Of a DNA stretch of 64,000 bases, positions 27,705-41,684 are shown piece by piece (position 1 is the stretch's first letter; each line of letters starts with the position of its first letter). This DNA is from Felis catus. Its lineage: Eukaryota. A program made the translations under genes and the position numbers. Location of the stretch: positions 126,420,001 through 126,484,000 of the forward strand of contig NC_058368.1 in assembly GCF_018350175.1 (NCBI RefSeq), read 5' to 3'. The notes under the pieces were generated by a model. That model had not been told where the DNA came from and did not search any database. It was given only the letters and a program-made list of their open reading frames with translations.

Positions 27705-28934
27705 GAGAACACAAAGGAAGAAGCAAGGGTAGAACAGGGCAGGATTCTTTGGTCCTGCTGTGTTTGAGGTACCTTTGGACACATGGATGGAGATATCCAG
27801 TAAGCAATTGGCTCTACCAGCCTAAAGGGCAGGAAAAGATATGAGCTCAAAATAGGATGTGGGAGGCCTTGTTAGATCAATGGAGACTAAAGATGTGGCT
27901 GTGGATGGGATTGTCTAGGATAGTAGAGAGAGGGTAGGAAAGAGATCAGGATAACCTGGAGCAACCTCTAACATATCCAATGGGGGAAAGGCAGAGAGCT
28001 TTCAAAATAGCAGACACTAGTTTTTTAATCAGGTTAAAAACATGACTTGCATGATAACCTTCTGTAGGATTATTTTTCTCCACAGTTCATAGGTGAATGT
28101 GAAAATCAGTTGGGATCTAATGATATCAAAGTATCTTTCAGTTGTAGATGTACTTCCTTTCTGTACTAATGTTGTCCAGCTAGCATGTGCTTTATGGTTA
28201 GAAAAGCTTTTTCACAGACATACATTCTTTCATTTAATCCTGAAGAAAAAGGCCTACAAGGTAGCTTAACATTCTTCCTGCTTTATAAACAAGGACATTG
28301 AGCATCGATTCAAAAACTTGTCCAACATTTTTAAAAGTTTTTTTTCATTTTAACAGTGTTCCTATGAAAATCATATGTAATATTACTTTCTTCTTGCATC
28401 TTCTCAATTGTTTCTTTCTTAAATTTGCCCCCTTTTTCCTATTTGGTGAGATTTAGCTTTACAGTCAAGTGTCTTTTTTCAGTTTTTGTCCAGTTCTAGC
28501 CGAGCAATAACCACTTTGCTAGAATGAATGCCCACGTGGACAGCTGTGTCATTTGCCTTGTTGTGCGGTACTTGTTCAGTGTAGATGGCATTTCTCCCTG
28601 TAAATCAGGACTTATTTTGCCAATTTGCTCACTGTTAGAGTCCTCACACAACTCAGGTGCATCTCAGAGCCTCTGGCATCAATCCCTTCAGTACAGCTCT
28701 TTAGAGTGAACAGAACATCAAAAACAGCCCTGGAGCTATGACTGACCCTATACTGCAGACAGGAAAATAAAGGCTCATAGAAGCCAGAAAGGCAGTCAGT
28801 GTTTCTTACTCTGAAAATAGAGTAGCCGGATGTGCATTCAGATCTTTTGATACTGTAGAATTAGCTTCTATACCTGCTGCCTTTTAATAAATAGCTACTT
28901 AGTATATTTTGAGGGTCCACTACTGTAGTGTTAT

Positions 28935-29169
28935 TTTTTTCTCTTTTTTCTTTCTTTTCTTTTATTTGATTTTTTTTTTTTTTTGAGAGAGAGAGAGACA
29001 GCACAAGCATGGGAGAGAGGCAGAGGGAAGGAAGGAGAGAGAGAGAGAGAGAGCGACTCAAGCAAGCTTCATGCTCCGCGCGGGGCCCTGCTCCATCCGA
29101 AGACCCTGGGATGACCAGAGCTGAAATCAGTAGTCTCTTGCTCAACCAACTGAGCCACCCAGGCACCTC
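28935..29169 (-). mobile_element. SINEC
   Basis: Poly-T, (GA)n, ends CTGAGCCACCCAGGCACCTC. Confidence 0.88.
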
Positions 29170-30452
29170 TATTTTTGTTTCTTTGTATTGGTTTGTCTGA
29201 GATTGAAATTGGGCCTCTGACTATCCACAGCAAGCATCATGATTTTTCTAGCAACTCACCAACTTTCTGCCAGAAGGTATATCGTTCTTTATAAAAACAG
29301 AGTAATAAAAAAAGTGTGAATCCTAGAGATTACTTTTTTGCTTTAGTGTCAGACTCTCTCGGTGCCATAAAGTAAAATTAAAATATGGGGATATTATTTT
29401 GTAACCTCGAATTTTCTACAAATACTAAATTTTATCACCAGGATTCTAATAGTCAGTTATAAGGGAATTAATGAGAAACGTCAGTATAAGTCTGTGGTTA
29501 ATGCGATAACATTGAAAGACCCTTCAAGTTTCTTCTGTATAAGTTTATAAATCCTAAGAAGAATTCACCTATAAATACTTCCTTAGACTACCCCCAACTA
29601 GAGAACTACATAACATAATTAAAAACACCATATCCTTCTACCTAAAAGATTGTCTTGAAAATCAGCGACTTTATCAATATGGAAGTGACTTGTAAATGGC
29701 AAATAATCCCATGAAAAGGGCATATTCTTCTCCTTTTATAAATGAGTTTTATTTTAGGTAGGCGGGGCTTTCTTGCCTCCAGGTGAATCACCCTGCTTAA
29801 AAATCCTTGATGAGCAATATATATATATATATATTTTTTCATCCAGATGAATTCAATCATTCCAGAATAATTCCAGCATCAGTAAAAACAGTATGCAGAT
29901 TTAGGCTTGGGTATAGAAGGCTGTTGATTTTAGGGAAAGAGCCTCAGGGCCTTGGTGAATGCTGGAGGCTAAGAGTGGCTCCTTTTTAATGGTAACATTT
30001 ATTTCTATGAGGTTCTAACTGCTTGGTTCCCATAGAAACTCAAGTGCCTGAGTGTTGACCCAGGGAATGACCTCGTATTTCCTGGGATGGCTGTTAGGCC
30101 CAACATAAATCATTGCTTCTTTTGCAAAACTGGCTTCCAATTTAGGGCTTTCCACTTGCTTGACATATTATCTAGGCAATTTGGTTTTACCTTTGGTTTT
30201 GTTTCTTCATCTATAACATGAAGATTATAAACATAATGCTTCTATCACAGCTGCTACAAAGATATAGGGAATTATTACTTTATTACTTTACTTTTTCTTC
30301 AAAAATATTATGATACCACACATTTCACTTTGAAAGGAATTGAATCAATGTTACAGAATTATAAAAGGGAAAGTATTTTATTTGGACATAAGAAACATAG
30401 TGTAAAAAAAGGAACATACGTGTTCCGTGTATAAAAACTATCTTCCTACCAC

Positions 30453-30545
30453 TACACCTGAAACTAATATAACACTGTATGTTAACAATACTGAAATGAA
30501 CATAAAAAACTTATTGAAAAACAAAACAACAAACAACAAAAAACA
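30453..30545 (+). mobile_element. 3' tip of a carnivore L1 with A-rich tail
   Basis: TACACCTGAAACTAATATAACACTGTATGTTAAC followed by an A-rich tail. Confidence 0.7.
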
Positions 30546-32177
30546 GAGTCACTCACAAGTGAAAAAAAAACAACTGTGAACCTAATGAATCTCAGAAAAT
30601 AGTAACTTTAAAATAAACTAGTAACTAAATAGTTTCATCCTTTAAATTCATATTCTACATTATGTTTTATTTTCACCATCTTTTCCATTGATATTTTTCT
30701 TGATTCAATATTTATGTTGTAAAAGTTAGGGTGGAGATTCTTGGATAGCAAAACTCTATAGGATTTTATTTCTGAATCTGCACCTAATGAGAACTGGCAA
30801 TTAGTGTACTAGTTTGGGAGTAATTTTGTTTAAAAATTAAGGAACTCAGAAATTTTGTTGTTATAAAACCAAATACCAAAGCTACCTTTGATGTTATAGG
30901 AAATTAGCCAACAATTTCAAAAACTATCCTGCAGACCATTGCTTATTGTAAAAGGGTGGGGCTATTTATTCGCTCATGTGACAGACCTGTGACATGGTGG
31001 ATAAGCATGTAACTGTAGGGTCATATTAAATTATAACCATCACATTTTTGCTTATGAAAAAGCAAGCTTCTTAAACTTATGAGTCAACTGACTTTTTTCA
31101 TCTACAAACAAAGATCATCATAAGATCCCTACTTTGTGGGTTTTATGTGAGGAGAGAATGATAAAATAGCACATGTAAAAAGCTTAGTAAATGCCTGAAA
31201 AGCCAGCTAGTGCATGCAATAGTAGACTTCTGCCTCAAAAGAGTGACTTGGGATTACCTTTGTGTGATTTGCGCCTGTGATCCCTAAGAATGAGACAACA
31301 GATAGGCTAGGAATTTAAGCTGCAATCATTCACAAGCATATAAAAAATAAAACTCATAGGGAGAAAAGAAAAACTCATCAGAAGAATTTTTTGTGTGTAT
31401 CGTTATCCCTGCTGTTCCAGAAAATCATCTGAGCTGCCTGAGTTAAGCTTATAATCATTTCATGGATTCCAAGCTAATGAAAGAGCTGAGTAGCTGCCCC
31501 GCTCCTGGCTTTGAGTGTTCGACTGGAGAGTACTTCTGACATTATATATTCCCTCCACCTCACTTCCTGAATAAGAAAATCAATTGCTTAAAATCTTATA
31601 TGATTTTTATCTTTGTTCCATCACCTGCCAGCCTTTTTTTCCACAGGCAAAACCAACGAACCAGTAAAGAAATAATGGAGTAAATTGAACCCAAATTTGG
31701 TTCACTTGGGTTCAATTCAAATAGTGCTGAAGTGCTTGGTAGTGAATGCTGTGTTCCAACCCAGTATCTTCTCTTAGGGATGAGAGTAATTCTCCTTCAA
31801 GTAGCTCCTGGGATGGAGAACAACAGCCACAAAGACACTTCTTACGAATCCATCTGTAAGGAAACACCTGAAGGGAAGACTCTCTGCTTGAAAGTTCGTA
31901 CAGTTATGTCTCAAGGCCTAACAGGTGACTTTGAGAGAAACGGTTATTGTGGTATGCTAAAAGCAACATAAATTGACAGAGCCTAAGAATTCTCAGCTTC
32001 AGCTGCCTCCTAGTCACAGTGTGAGTGCTTTTCTACTGAGACATAATGTTCCATTAGTCAAGGGATGAAAAAGCGAGATCAGAAATTACATTTTGCAGCA
32101 TTAACACAAACTTTGCTAAGGTTTACAGGCAGAGCATAATGCAGAGAGGAAGCGTGTTATTATTCTTCATTTCCCAA

Positions 32178-32296
32178 TAGGGTGGGACTAACCCATCCCC
32201 AGTTTGCCTGGGATATTTGGGGATGTAGCACTAAGAATCCCATACCCCCAGAAGCCCTTTGTCCTGGGAAAACCAAGGTCCAAGTTGGACACCCTC
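32178..32296. mobile_element. MER81/MER94-like hAT-Blackjack MITE
   Basis: TAGGGTG...CATCCCCAGTTTGCCTGGGA and GTTGGACACCCT termini. Confidence 0.65.
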
Positions 32297-33074
32297 TATC
32301 CCAAACCACATTAGTCCTAATCCTAGCTACATCTACAATGTAATTTTCAGGTTTACAAAAATCCTTTCACCAAAAGTCCTCCCTTGTCAGCTTCGAATAT
32401 AGTATTTTAGAAAAGAGAAGTAGAATCATATTCACAAAATAGCTTAAAATCCTTCCTATGACTTATTGGTGACACACAGTCATTCGTACATTGTATGACA
32501 ACAAGGAGACAGTCCCAGGCCTCCTGCCCTTAACTGGGCAGGCAGGAGCCATACTACAAGTTACCTTAATATGCTCCAATAAAGCTCTGTGATGGTAGAA
32601 GCTCCGAGCGTGATAGGAGCTCAGGGAGGAATGTACTTGAAACCTGGAAGGGTCAAGAACAACCTCCCAGAGGAGTGATAGCTAAGCTGAGATCTCAAAA
32701 AAATTTGAGTAATTAAAGCATTCTGTAGTGACTTGTTCTTATTAGGAATCATAATCAATGGAGATGAAAGAGAGATAGTAGGTAGAGTTTCCTCAAGGGT
32801 CCAGTTGAAATGTATTGATGTCCTCACTGTGTAGTGCTGAGGACATTAGGATATGAAAGTTAAATGAGGGCAATGAAATTGGAATTTTGGAAAATGCTCC
32901 TTATGATGAAAGTATAAATATTTTTTTTTCTCTCTACCAAGCTCAGTAGGGTAGTTAGTGCGTAAAATGCTAAGAAAACTGTAAATATTCTAGTTTAACT
33001 TCTGTTTTGCCTATGATCTACAGAAGTTATTGTTTCCTTTGATTCTCAGTTTGTTCATCTTTAAAATAGGAGAA

Positions 33075-33480
33075 TGTGTGGATCCCTCTTACTTGCCCTC
33101 CTTCTCTGCCCTGCTCCATTTTCTCCATCCTACTGTGTCTTAGGAGGCTGTGTACATGGAGACTGCATTTATAGGCTCCATGACTCTGGATTCTGGTTGG
33201 GTTCAGCCAATGAGGAGCTACCAGGAGAGCAAGAGTAGGAGGGTTGGTTATTTTCTTTCCCTGCAGGCTCCATCTTTCACATTCACTAGTAACAGTGAAT
33301 ACTCTCTTCCTGGGCCCTGGCCACCTGGCTGTAACTTCTGTCTGGTACCCCGGTGATTGTAGCCCCAGGGTTCTCTACTTTCCCTTAACGGTTTCTGCTA
33401 ACTTTGCCCAGGGCTCTGCAGATAACTCCTTTATTAAATTTTCTGCAAATGACCCAGTTTGTGCCATCTTTTCCTGTTGA
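33075..33480 (+). mobile_element. Old ERVL-type LTR (LTR33-like)
   Basis: CTCTGGATTCTGGTTGGGTTCAGCCAATGAGGAG motif. Confidence 0.5.
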
Positions 33481-34573
33481 TAAAGACAACAGTTATTATT
33501 TGTATCTCCCTAATATAGACATTAAGTTAAACTATCTGAAATGTCTAGCACAGTCTCTAGTATGAAGTAAGTCTTAGATAAGTGTGGCTCCCTCACTCTC
33601 CCTCTTCTTCCCATAGTGCACTCTGGCCTCCTTAAAGGCATGCTTCTAATTTATGCTGGTGTGGAATCTGTGCTTAATGTGATTTTTAATAATTTAACAT
33701 GGTTCTCCTGGAAGAGGTCTTTGTTACTATGCAGGAAAACTATTGATTACATCAGGGTTATTAAGCAAATAAAATCAAGAAAATGCGTCTTTCAAAAAGT
33801 CATGACAACATAAAGAAAAGTGTACTTCAACCATAATTGTTTCAGCCAGAGTTAAATATGTGCTTTTTAATGATATAATATTCCTCCTTTCAGGAACATA
33901 TATATTCAGACTATGAAAAAACTAAAGGCTCAAAAGAAAAAGATTTATTTGACATAGATAACACCTTCACGGACAAAATATTGCTCTCAAATATTTGTTT
34001 TGAAGATGATTGATAATCTTTCTAGCTCAAGTTTCCTATAAATTTTGTGGCAGGGAGATGAACTGAGAGTTAACTGTGACAGACTAGCCACTGAGAAATG
34101 ACGCAATCCCTTTTTGTCCATAAGGTGATCGTGGAAGAATGAAAGGTATTCTTACCTTGCACTAGGAGTGACAAGGCCTTTGAGTTCTTCTGCCCAGGAA
34201 TTCCTAACTTCCTTACCCTCTGGGGATAGTTAACACAGAAGAAGTAGTCATCTGTTGTGGGTGTGCCAGGAAGAATTTCCTAGACACTTCTTTGTTATTA
34301 AAGGCTTAGATCTGTGTAAACAATTCAGTTGGATTTCTTACAGAGAAAACTAATCAGCAGAAGTACTGTGACTGAGGGTTGAAGAGGGTCCTATGAGGTT
34401 GATAGGTCTCTACAGGCAGGAAGGTGGTGGGAGTTCTGTTGTCTAGAGCAGCAGAAGCAAGGGCTTACTGGAACGCAGAGACTTTGAGGTGGTAGAGCCC
34501 CAGTGCAATGCTGGCCTGTGTGTTGCAGGTTGTAGCAATGGCCAACTTCTCCATGTCTTTCTGGAGCTGACTC

Positions 34574-34784
34574 TTTTTTTTTTTTTTTCTTAAGCATTAT
34601 TTATTTTGAGAGAGAGAGCAAGGGAGGGGCAGAGAGAGGGAGAGGGAGAGAGAGAATCCCAATCAGGTTCCACGCTGTCAGCGCAGAGCCCAACACGGGG
34701 CTCAAACCCACAAAACTGTGAGATCATGATCTGAGCTGAAATCATGAGTTAGCCATTCGGCGGACTGAGCCACCCAGGCACCCC
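34574..34784 (-). mobile_element. SINEC inserted in an MLT1-type LTR
   Basis: Poly-T, SINEC body, ends GAGCCACCCAGGCACCCC. Confidence 0.9.
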
Positions 34785-34789
34785 ATCTG

Positions 34790-35250
34790 TATCGGAGTCT
34801 TTTTGAAATGTGACTTCACAGCCCCTCTTATCAAGAAGTGGGGTTTATTTTGCCTTTTCTTGAGTCTGACCTGAACTGTTACTTCTGGCCAATGTAATGC
34901 AGCAGAAGAGATGCTATGCCAGTTTCAAATCTAGGCCTCAACACACTTTATATGTTCTCCTCATTCTCTTAGAACCCTGGAAATCTACCATGCACACGGA
35001 TTCAAGATGGCCTACTAGATGATGGCCTACACATGGCCTAGTTTTTCCCCCATTCCTCATCCAATACCCAAACAATGCCAAGAAACAAAGGTCTTTGTTG
35101 ACTGGCAGCTGGCTGCAAAACTATGTGTGAACCCAAGTGAGACAGAAAGAGCTGTTCCACAAAGCCCAGTCCCAGTTGTCAACCCACAGAATCATGAACT
35201 GAGAATGACCGTTGTTTAAATCCCTAAGTTTAGAGGTTGTTTCTTACAAC
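34790..35250 (+). mobile_element. MLT1-type MaLR LTR (old subfamily)
   Basis: ATCAAGAAGTGGGGTTTATTT; CCAATGTAATGCAGCAGAAG; CCCACAGAATCATGA; GTTGTTTAAATCCCTAAGTTT. Confidence 0.65.
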
Positions 35251-37578
35251 CTTTTGTTTGCAGAGCAAACCCATACCTTGTGTGCTTATAACCTTGGGAC
35301 TTTGACCAAGATCTCTGGGGCTTAGGTTGGCGTGGGGGAGAATGGTGCTACTTGCCTGCACGGGGGCCACGTTAACCTGAAAATAGCAACATCAGTGACT
35401 GTCAAAGATGTCTAGCATCTACCATTTTACTTTCCTATCTATCCTCCAGAATTTTTGTGCAATCCAAGGAAGAAGGAAAGAGAAACCCTCACCTCATTCT
35501 TGTGAAATCATTTGGTACTGAACTTCATAACTCTCTTAATATATGGGGATTTGGGTCAAATTTAATTTTAGTTAGGAAAACAGTAAAACTTTGGTTCTGA
35601 AGCTTACTTATTATGTCACATTTTAAAAATAATAACATGTAAAATATTTTGCAAGCCCCTGTTTGAAGAAGAAAGAATTACACTTCAGCTGTCCTTAGAT
35701 TTTATACCCTGTTATCAACCAATGTAGGGGAGGGAATTATCAGATCACACATCTATCTGGAGGTTTTTGACCTCTGAGTTAATGTTGGTAATGCCATGTT
35801 TTTTAAGCAAAAGTTTGGTCAAGTTATAAGACAATAAATAAGTGTTCAAGTCTGAGGTAATGATTGTTGAAATGTTTATATTTTCAAAGAACTCTGGTCT
35901 TGCTAGCATGTGAACTGTATATTAATCTCGGCTCTGTTATTAATGAGTACTATGTTAGGTGAGTCATTACCCATCTTTGATCTTTGATTTCTTTATCTGT
36001 AAATTCAGAAAGAAGAACTCAGTAATCTTTAAGTTCCTTTGAAGGTCTCCTATATCTCTCATTCTACACTTACATTTAGATAGTCTTTTTATCCAGAGGC
36101 ATGGTTTACTTCTCCATAAAATATTCTTGAACTGATTACTCTCTCCTATTAATCCTTAAAGCAGCTACTAATGGTAAGAGTGGGCAGGCAGCCAATCAGG
36201 CCCTGTTTTGTGTTATCTCTGACACTGTTGTCTTCTTATCTGTTACCTGTTTATGTATCTGGTCTCCTGAACTAGCTTGAGCCTCCTTGAGGATGAGGAT
36301 GGTGTGTTATTCTTTTTTTGACTCTCCATTTTAAATTGTAACATGTAAGCCTAAAAATAACTCAGTGGAAACTGATACACCTAAAAATTGAGTGTATTAA
36401 TAAATTTTAGCACACTTTCAGAATATTCTTTTTTCCAGTATTAGAGCCCTTCAACAGCACTGCATGACCTGTGGGGCTTTAGGTAAGTCATTTCACATTT
36501 CTGGGACCTAAGTTTGTAACTATAAAATAGGAGGATTGAGCTAGATAAAATAATAATAAATAAGATCACTTCTTTGTGTACTAATCTGTCATTTTTTAAA
36601 TGCTATGGAAATTTAGGGCATACGTGTTTTTCACTAACCTGATTCTTCTGCTTACCTGGACTTAGTTATGAGATGTAAGCTTAGCTGAGAGTTATAAACA
36701 TGTAACTCTAGGCACCAGCTCCTGAAGGCATGCAGATTGACCATCACAGGTAGTCTGGTTGGGGTGCCACCAGCGTGCTCTTCCACCTTGCACCCCAACC
36801 TCCTACCCTCACCCCCAACCCACATAGTATCCCACACTATTTCAAGTCTTCTAAGAGTTGATGCTTAGGGGCCACTCTGTTCTCAAAGCCAATATGTTGA
36901 ATTGATTTTCTTTTGATTGGTTAGAAGGCTAGAGGTAGAAAGCTTCATCTAAACTCGTCACCATTATTTTGGGTCTTGATTATAATATATTGTAAAAATT
37001 TGAAATAGCTTTCCAAAAGTGATAATGATTTTTCTAAATAGACAATTCTATCTGTCTCTTTGGAAGTACACCAGGCTTAATAAAGATGTAGGTTACATAA
37101 TCTTTTCCCCAGTCTGGAACCTGTAGTTGAATAAGTAGTTTGTGTGAAATGCAGGGATTATTACTTAGTACTCTTCTATTTTTCTCCTAGTTCGCATAAT
37201 TATAAACTGTTTATTCTAAAACTGCCTTCTATAAGATAGAAATATATATACTTTGCCAAAAGACCTGAAGTTCCTTAATAATACTTCTAGTGAACCAAAT
37301 GAATCAGTATTTATCTGAAAATGTTAACAATTTTCAAGTGTAGGAATTTGTATGAAAACATATAAGTAATCCAGTAATTCCATGAGTGGACTAGGTATAG
37401 CATCCTCGTTCCCAAGTGAAGTCAACAACAACAACAAAAACAAAGGCCAGTAAAATTTCTTTGTAAGGGATTGTAAAACAGATTATTTTAAAGCAACATT
37501 AGTTTTTATGAGGAAAACTATGGGCAGGAGTCTGGGCTTTGGACTCAGATAACTCTGAGCTTTAAATCCTGGCCCAAT

Positions 37579-37663
37579 CATTGAGGAGGGCACCTGTTGA
37601 GATGAGCACTGGGTGTTGTACGGAAACCAATTTGACAATAAATTATATTTAATATAAAAAAAA
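37579..37663 (+). mobile_element. 85-bp 5'-truncated felid L1 insertion
   Basis: L1 3' terminus GATGAGCACTGGGTGTTGTACGGAAACCAATTTGACAATAAA with A-tail; perfect 16-bp TSD TAAATCCTGGCCCAAT at 37563-37578 and 37664-37679. Confidence 0.9.
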
Positions 37664-39060
37664 TAAATCCTGGCCCAATATCTTACTAGTGAGGTGTCCC
37701 TCAGGAAAATACTTAACCTCTCTACTAATTTTCTTTGTAAAATAAGATTAATAACAGTACCTTGAAATATTGAGGATTAGATGGAATAATCTAGACAAAG
37801 TGCCTACCATGGAATAGATATTAAAGAAAGGTTAGCTATCAATATCATATTTATGTTAAAGAAAGCATCATTTTCTTTTTATTCAGTTGGGATACATTTA
37901 TTTATTTTTAAAGCACCTTACTTGTACTGATTATTTGTGAGGTTTAAGACATCATGAGCAGGAATGAGTTAAAAATGATTTTCTCTTTTAATTAAAAAGG
38001 AATCAATAACATCATGGGGATGTTTAATTTCTTCCAAAGGGAACACAAGATAATCAATAGCATTTCTTGATATGGATGTTGCACAAAGTTGAAATCAAAG
38101 CCAGTCCTAACAGAGTGAGCAAGACAAAGGTAACAAGACTTAGGCATGGAAAACCTCCAGAAGTGGTCCTAGAAATATCTAGAATTAGACACCCAGCCCC
38201 ATCCTTGCACTGTGAATTTGAGTAAATTTTGAGTAAGTAAATCCCCAGGGACATTCTTATCTCTTATACCAAGTTTCAGCCATTTTATTTTTTAATTTAA
38301 CTTCTAACAGAGATATGGTAACAGTGGTAGGAACAAAATGTCTATTGCTATTTATGATCTAAACAATATCATCACTACTAATTAATGCCGAATTATATTT
38401 GTTCTTGGCTCTTCTTTAGCCAAATAAATTATCTCAACTTGACCCTACCTGATGGAATGTTTCTGTTTAATAGATCTGACACAGACATGGACTGGTAACA
38501 ACAAAGTGAATGATAGAGACACTAGATAAATACAAACAACAAAATGAATACTAGGAAATATTAAATAAATGTAGCATAGTAAAAATCCAATCAATAATGA
38601 ATAGTGATTTGGAACAATAAAAAGAAACAAACTGAACTCAAGACAGAGATTTAAGAGATCATTCCTTTAATGATATATGTGACCCAAGGCATGTCCCCTT
38701 CTTTAGGCCTCAGGACCTTTGAGTCTGCTTGATCTTCCAGTATGGGGAGGTGTTCATGTTGCATGATACCTGACCTTCACTGTGGCCCTTTTGCTTTCTC
38801 TTAACTGTATTGTTCCTTATAGAATCTTTTAAATATCAAATTCTTATCCCAGATTCATATGTACATGAAGAAGGCTTTCCTCGTTTCCTGTTTCCCCAAT
38901 AACAGCCATAATATTCTAACTTTAGGTAATCCTTTGATTTGAAGGCTTTGATTGTTGTTAAATTACAGAGATCCTTGGGAATTAGTAATTTTTTTTTAAA
39001 TAATTAGACATTTACATGTCAGTAAAATTGCAAAGAAGACAAAGCAATCCCCTGATGCTC

Positions 39061-39510
39061 TGTAGGAAATGCTACCAGCTGTCTCCCAGTATCTGTTGTT
39101 CCTTCTTTTACAAGGAAATTCCTGATTTTCAGGTGGGCATTCACCCAGAATAGTGCTTACATTTCCCAGCCTACCTTGCAATTAGGTGTGATCACAAGAT
39201 TAAGTTCTAGGCACTGTAATATAAGATCTCTGGTGTACTTAAAGGAATGTGGGAATGTTCTTCATCTTTCCTTCTTGCTGGTTAGAATGTGGATGTGAGA
39301 GCTGGAGCTCCAGCAGCCATCTGGTGACCTTGATAATGAAACTGGTAGATGGTGGTCTGAGTCCAAGCAAAGATAAAGTGCTCTTGCTCTGACTTTAGGG
39401 AGATTATCAGCTCCGGTCCACATTTGTTTGTTTAGTTGATCTCTGGCTAGTTTTTTGTTTTTTTGTTTTTTAATTTCCTCCACCCACTTAAATATACCCA
39501 ACTAAGGTAT
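39061..39510 (+). mobile_element. Old ERVL/MaLR LTR (LTR16-like)
   Basis: CATTTCCCAGCCTACCTTGCAATTAGGTGTGATCAC motif. Confidence 0.5.
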
Positions 39511-39767
39511 AAGAAATGGGACAGAATTAAGTTCCCCAAACCTTTTGCAACTCTAGTTTTCTTCACAACCCAATCTTCATGGGTTTTTCTCCAAATAAAA
39601 GACATACTAGAAAACTGAGAAGGTATTTCCTTTTTGTAAAATATTAAGAAGAGATGAACTTCTCAAAGAATAGATAATGTAGCAGTTCATCATTTATAAT
39701 ATTTAAATCTGTCCCATGATACCAGAGTTTTTGAATTATGAGAATTTCAGAAAGTAATGATAGTATA

Positions 39768-39990
39768 GGGGCACCTGTGTGGCTTAGTCAGTTGAGCATC
39801 TGACTTTGGCTCAGGTCATTTTCTCACAGTTTGTGAGTTTGAGCCTCACATAGGGCTCTGTGGCAACAGCTCGGAGCCTGTAGCTTGCTTCAGATTCTGT
39901 GTCTCTCTCTTTCTCTGCCCCTCCTCAAGTATGCTCAATCTCTCTTTCTCTCTCAAAAATAAATAAAAATTTAAAAATTTAAAAAATAAA
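39768..39990 (+). mobile_element. SINEC (felid type)
   Basis: GGGGCACCTGTGTGGCTTAGTC head; degenerate TSD AAAGTAAT(G/C)ATA. Confidence 0.9.
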
Positions 39991-40074
39991 GTAATCATAT
40001 TATTAAAATTACAGGAAATTATTCTGAAGAAATTAGCTGTGCAGTTGCTATGCAGATTTTTGTTACTAAATGCA

Positions 40075-40081
40075 ATATATA

Positions 40082-40128
<47 letters not shown>
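40075..40128. repeat. (TA)n microsatellite
   Basis: Direct observation. Confidence 0.95.
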
Positions 40129-40131
<3 letters not shown>

Positions 40132-41605
40132 AGTGTATTATTTTTGGTATTTCCCTTGGAAAAAAATTATCAAGAGATGCACTTTTATATAGATCTTTTT
40201 TTTTTTTTAAAGTACAGAAGTCTTACTTCTAATAAGTGCTAACATGAAACACCATGATACTGGGTTCCCTTTACCTTTTATTTGTTATTGGTTAATTTAA
40301 ATGTAATTTCTCTAATGGTCATATAATCTCAACTATGACTGGAACATTTTAAGTTGTATTTTCTGAATAGTTATAAAAACTATTTACCTAGGCAATATCG
40401 TATTACATTCTCACTGTTCACAAAATTAGAAAAAAAATATCTTAGATTTCTTAAGAAAAACAAAATATAAAACAAACAGAAAACCAACCTAAAATTAGTG
40501 AGGTATTTTGAATATGGTAGGCTCCCAATACCTGTTGTTGTTACATTATTGAGTCAATCTGTGAATTTTTTGAGGTTTGTATCTTTGAACATTTCTTACA
40601 TAAAAATTCTTTTAAGACAATTTTTCTAGAATTATGGCAAAGGCACTTGCATGGGAATTGCTGGAGTGTTAGTTTAAAATGTTAATTCCTGGACTTCTCA
40701 TCTCAAATAGTGAATCAGAAATCTCTATGCACGTCTTGACAATATGAATTTTAAATACCTCCCCCCAAGAGATTTTCAAGCACATTTGAGTTTCAGAACC
40801 TCCCTTCTCCTGTTTTGTGTAATGCAAAGTTTCAACCTGATTCAGGTTATTACTTCCATGCCTCTGAGCCAATATCAAGTTGATTCTTTTTCCATTCTGC
40901 CTCCAATAATAATCATTTTGACCTCGTGCAAAAGTCAAGAATCATTACTGGACTGATTAACTCTTGAAAAGAGAGGGGTGTCTCTCTAGATAGGTACAGA
41001 GAACATGGAAAGCCACACCTATGAGTCAAATGGGGAAAATAAAAGTATAACAAAAGTAAGGTTCAATTTCTAAACCGTTTTTGAACTAGTCTGGGATGAG
41101 TGCATTTGTAATGTAAGAAATAATTCTGTATTAAAGAAAGAACAGGATAACTTAATAGAGGTCTCCTATCTCATTCTGTGAAGGTGCTTCTGGGCTCTGG
41201 TGATGAATGTGTTCATTTTATGTGACTTGCTTTGAGTAAATAACCCAGTGCCCTATCAGCTCTCCAGCCGGCGGCCAGCAGCGGCTGTGTGCGTGCTAAT
41301 GACGGTGAAGGTGCCTGGGGGAGGGCCTCGGAAGGGGCTGCCCAGCTCAATCGCGCCCCTGGCACTTGCTAAGAGATTCTCAGCCCTTTCTCTGCAGCTG
41401 CCACTTGAAGTCTCCACGCTTTCCCTCCAGAGGAAAGAAGCCATCTATCTAAATCAGCTGTGTCTCTGCGTCTCTCCTTTCTCCCTCCGCCAGCCGCCAC
41501 CCCCACCCCTTCCATTGTGTTGTGCGTTTAGCTCCGCTTCCTGCGTGAGACCCTAACCTCTTGTAGCAGCAGGCGTTACTGAGGGTTTCGGAACCTCGAG
41601 TTGCA

Positions 41606-41623
41606 ATGGAGCTGTACGGAAAG
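41606..41623 (+). CDS. RAB3C: RAB3C alternative upstream first coding exon (coding part only), encodes MELYGK
   Basis: gca-ATG-GAG-CTG-TAC-GGA-AAG|GTGAGC: strong Kozak context (G at -3, G at +4), 18 nt in phase 0, consensus donor AAG|GTGAG, inside the CpG-rich region and in frame with exon 2. Agrees with my recollection of a mammalian RAB3C isoform beginning MELYGKMAS. Confidence 0.8.
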
Positions 41624-41684
41624 GTGAGCAGAAGGGAGTTCCTCTGCATGCTCTGCGCGAAATGTCGCTTTGACGGACTTTGGG

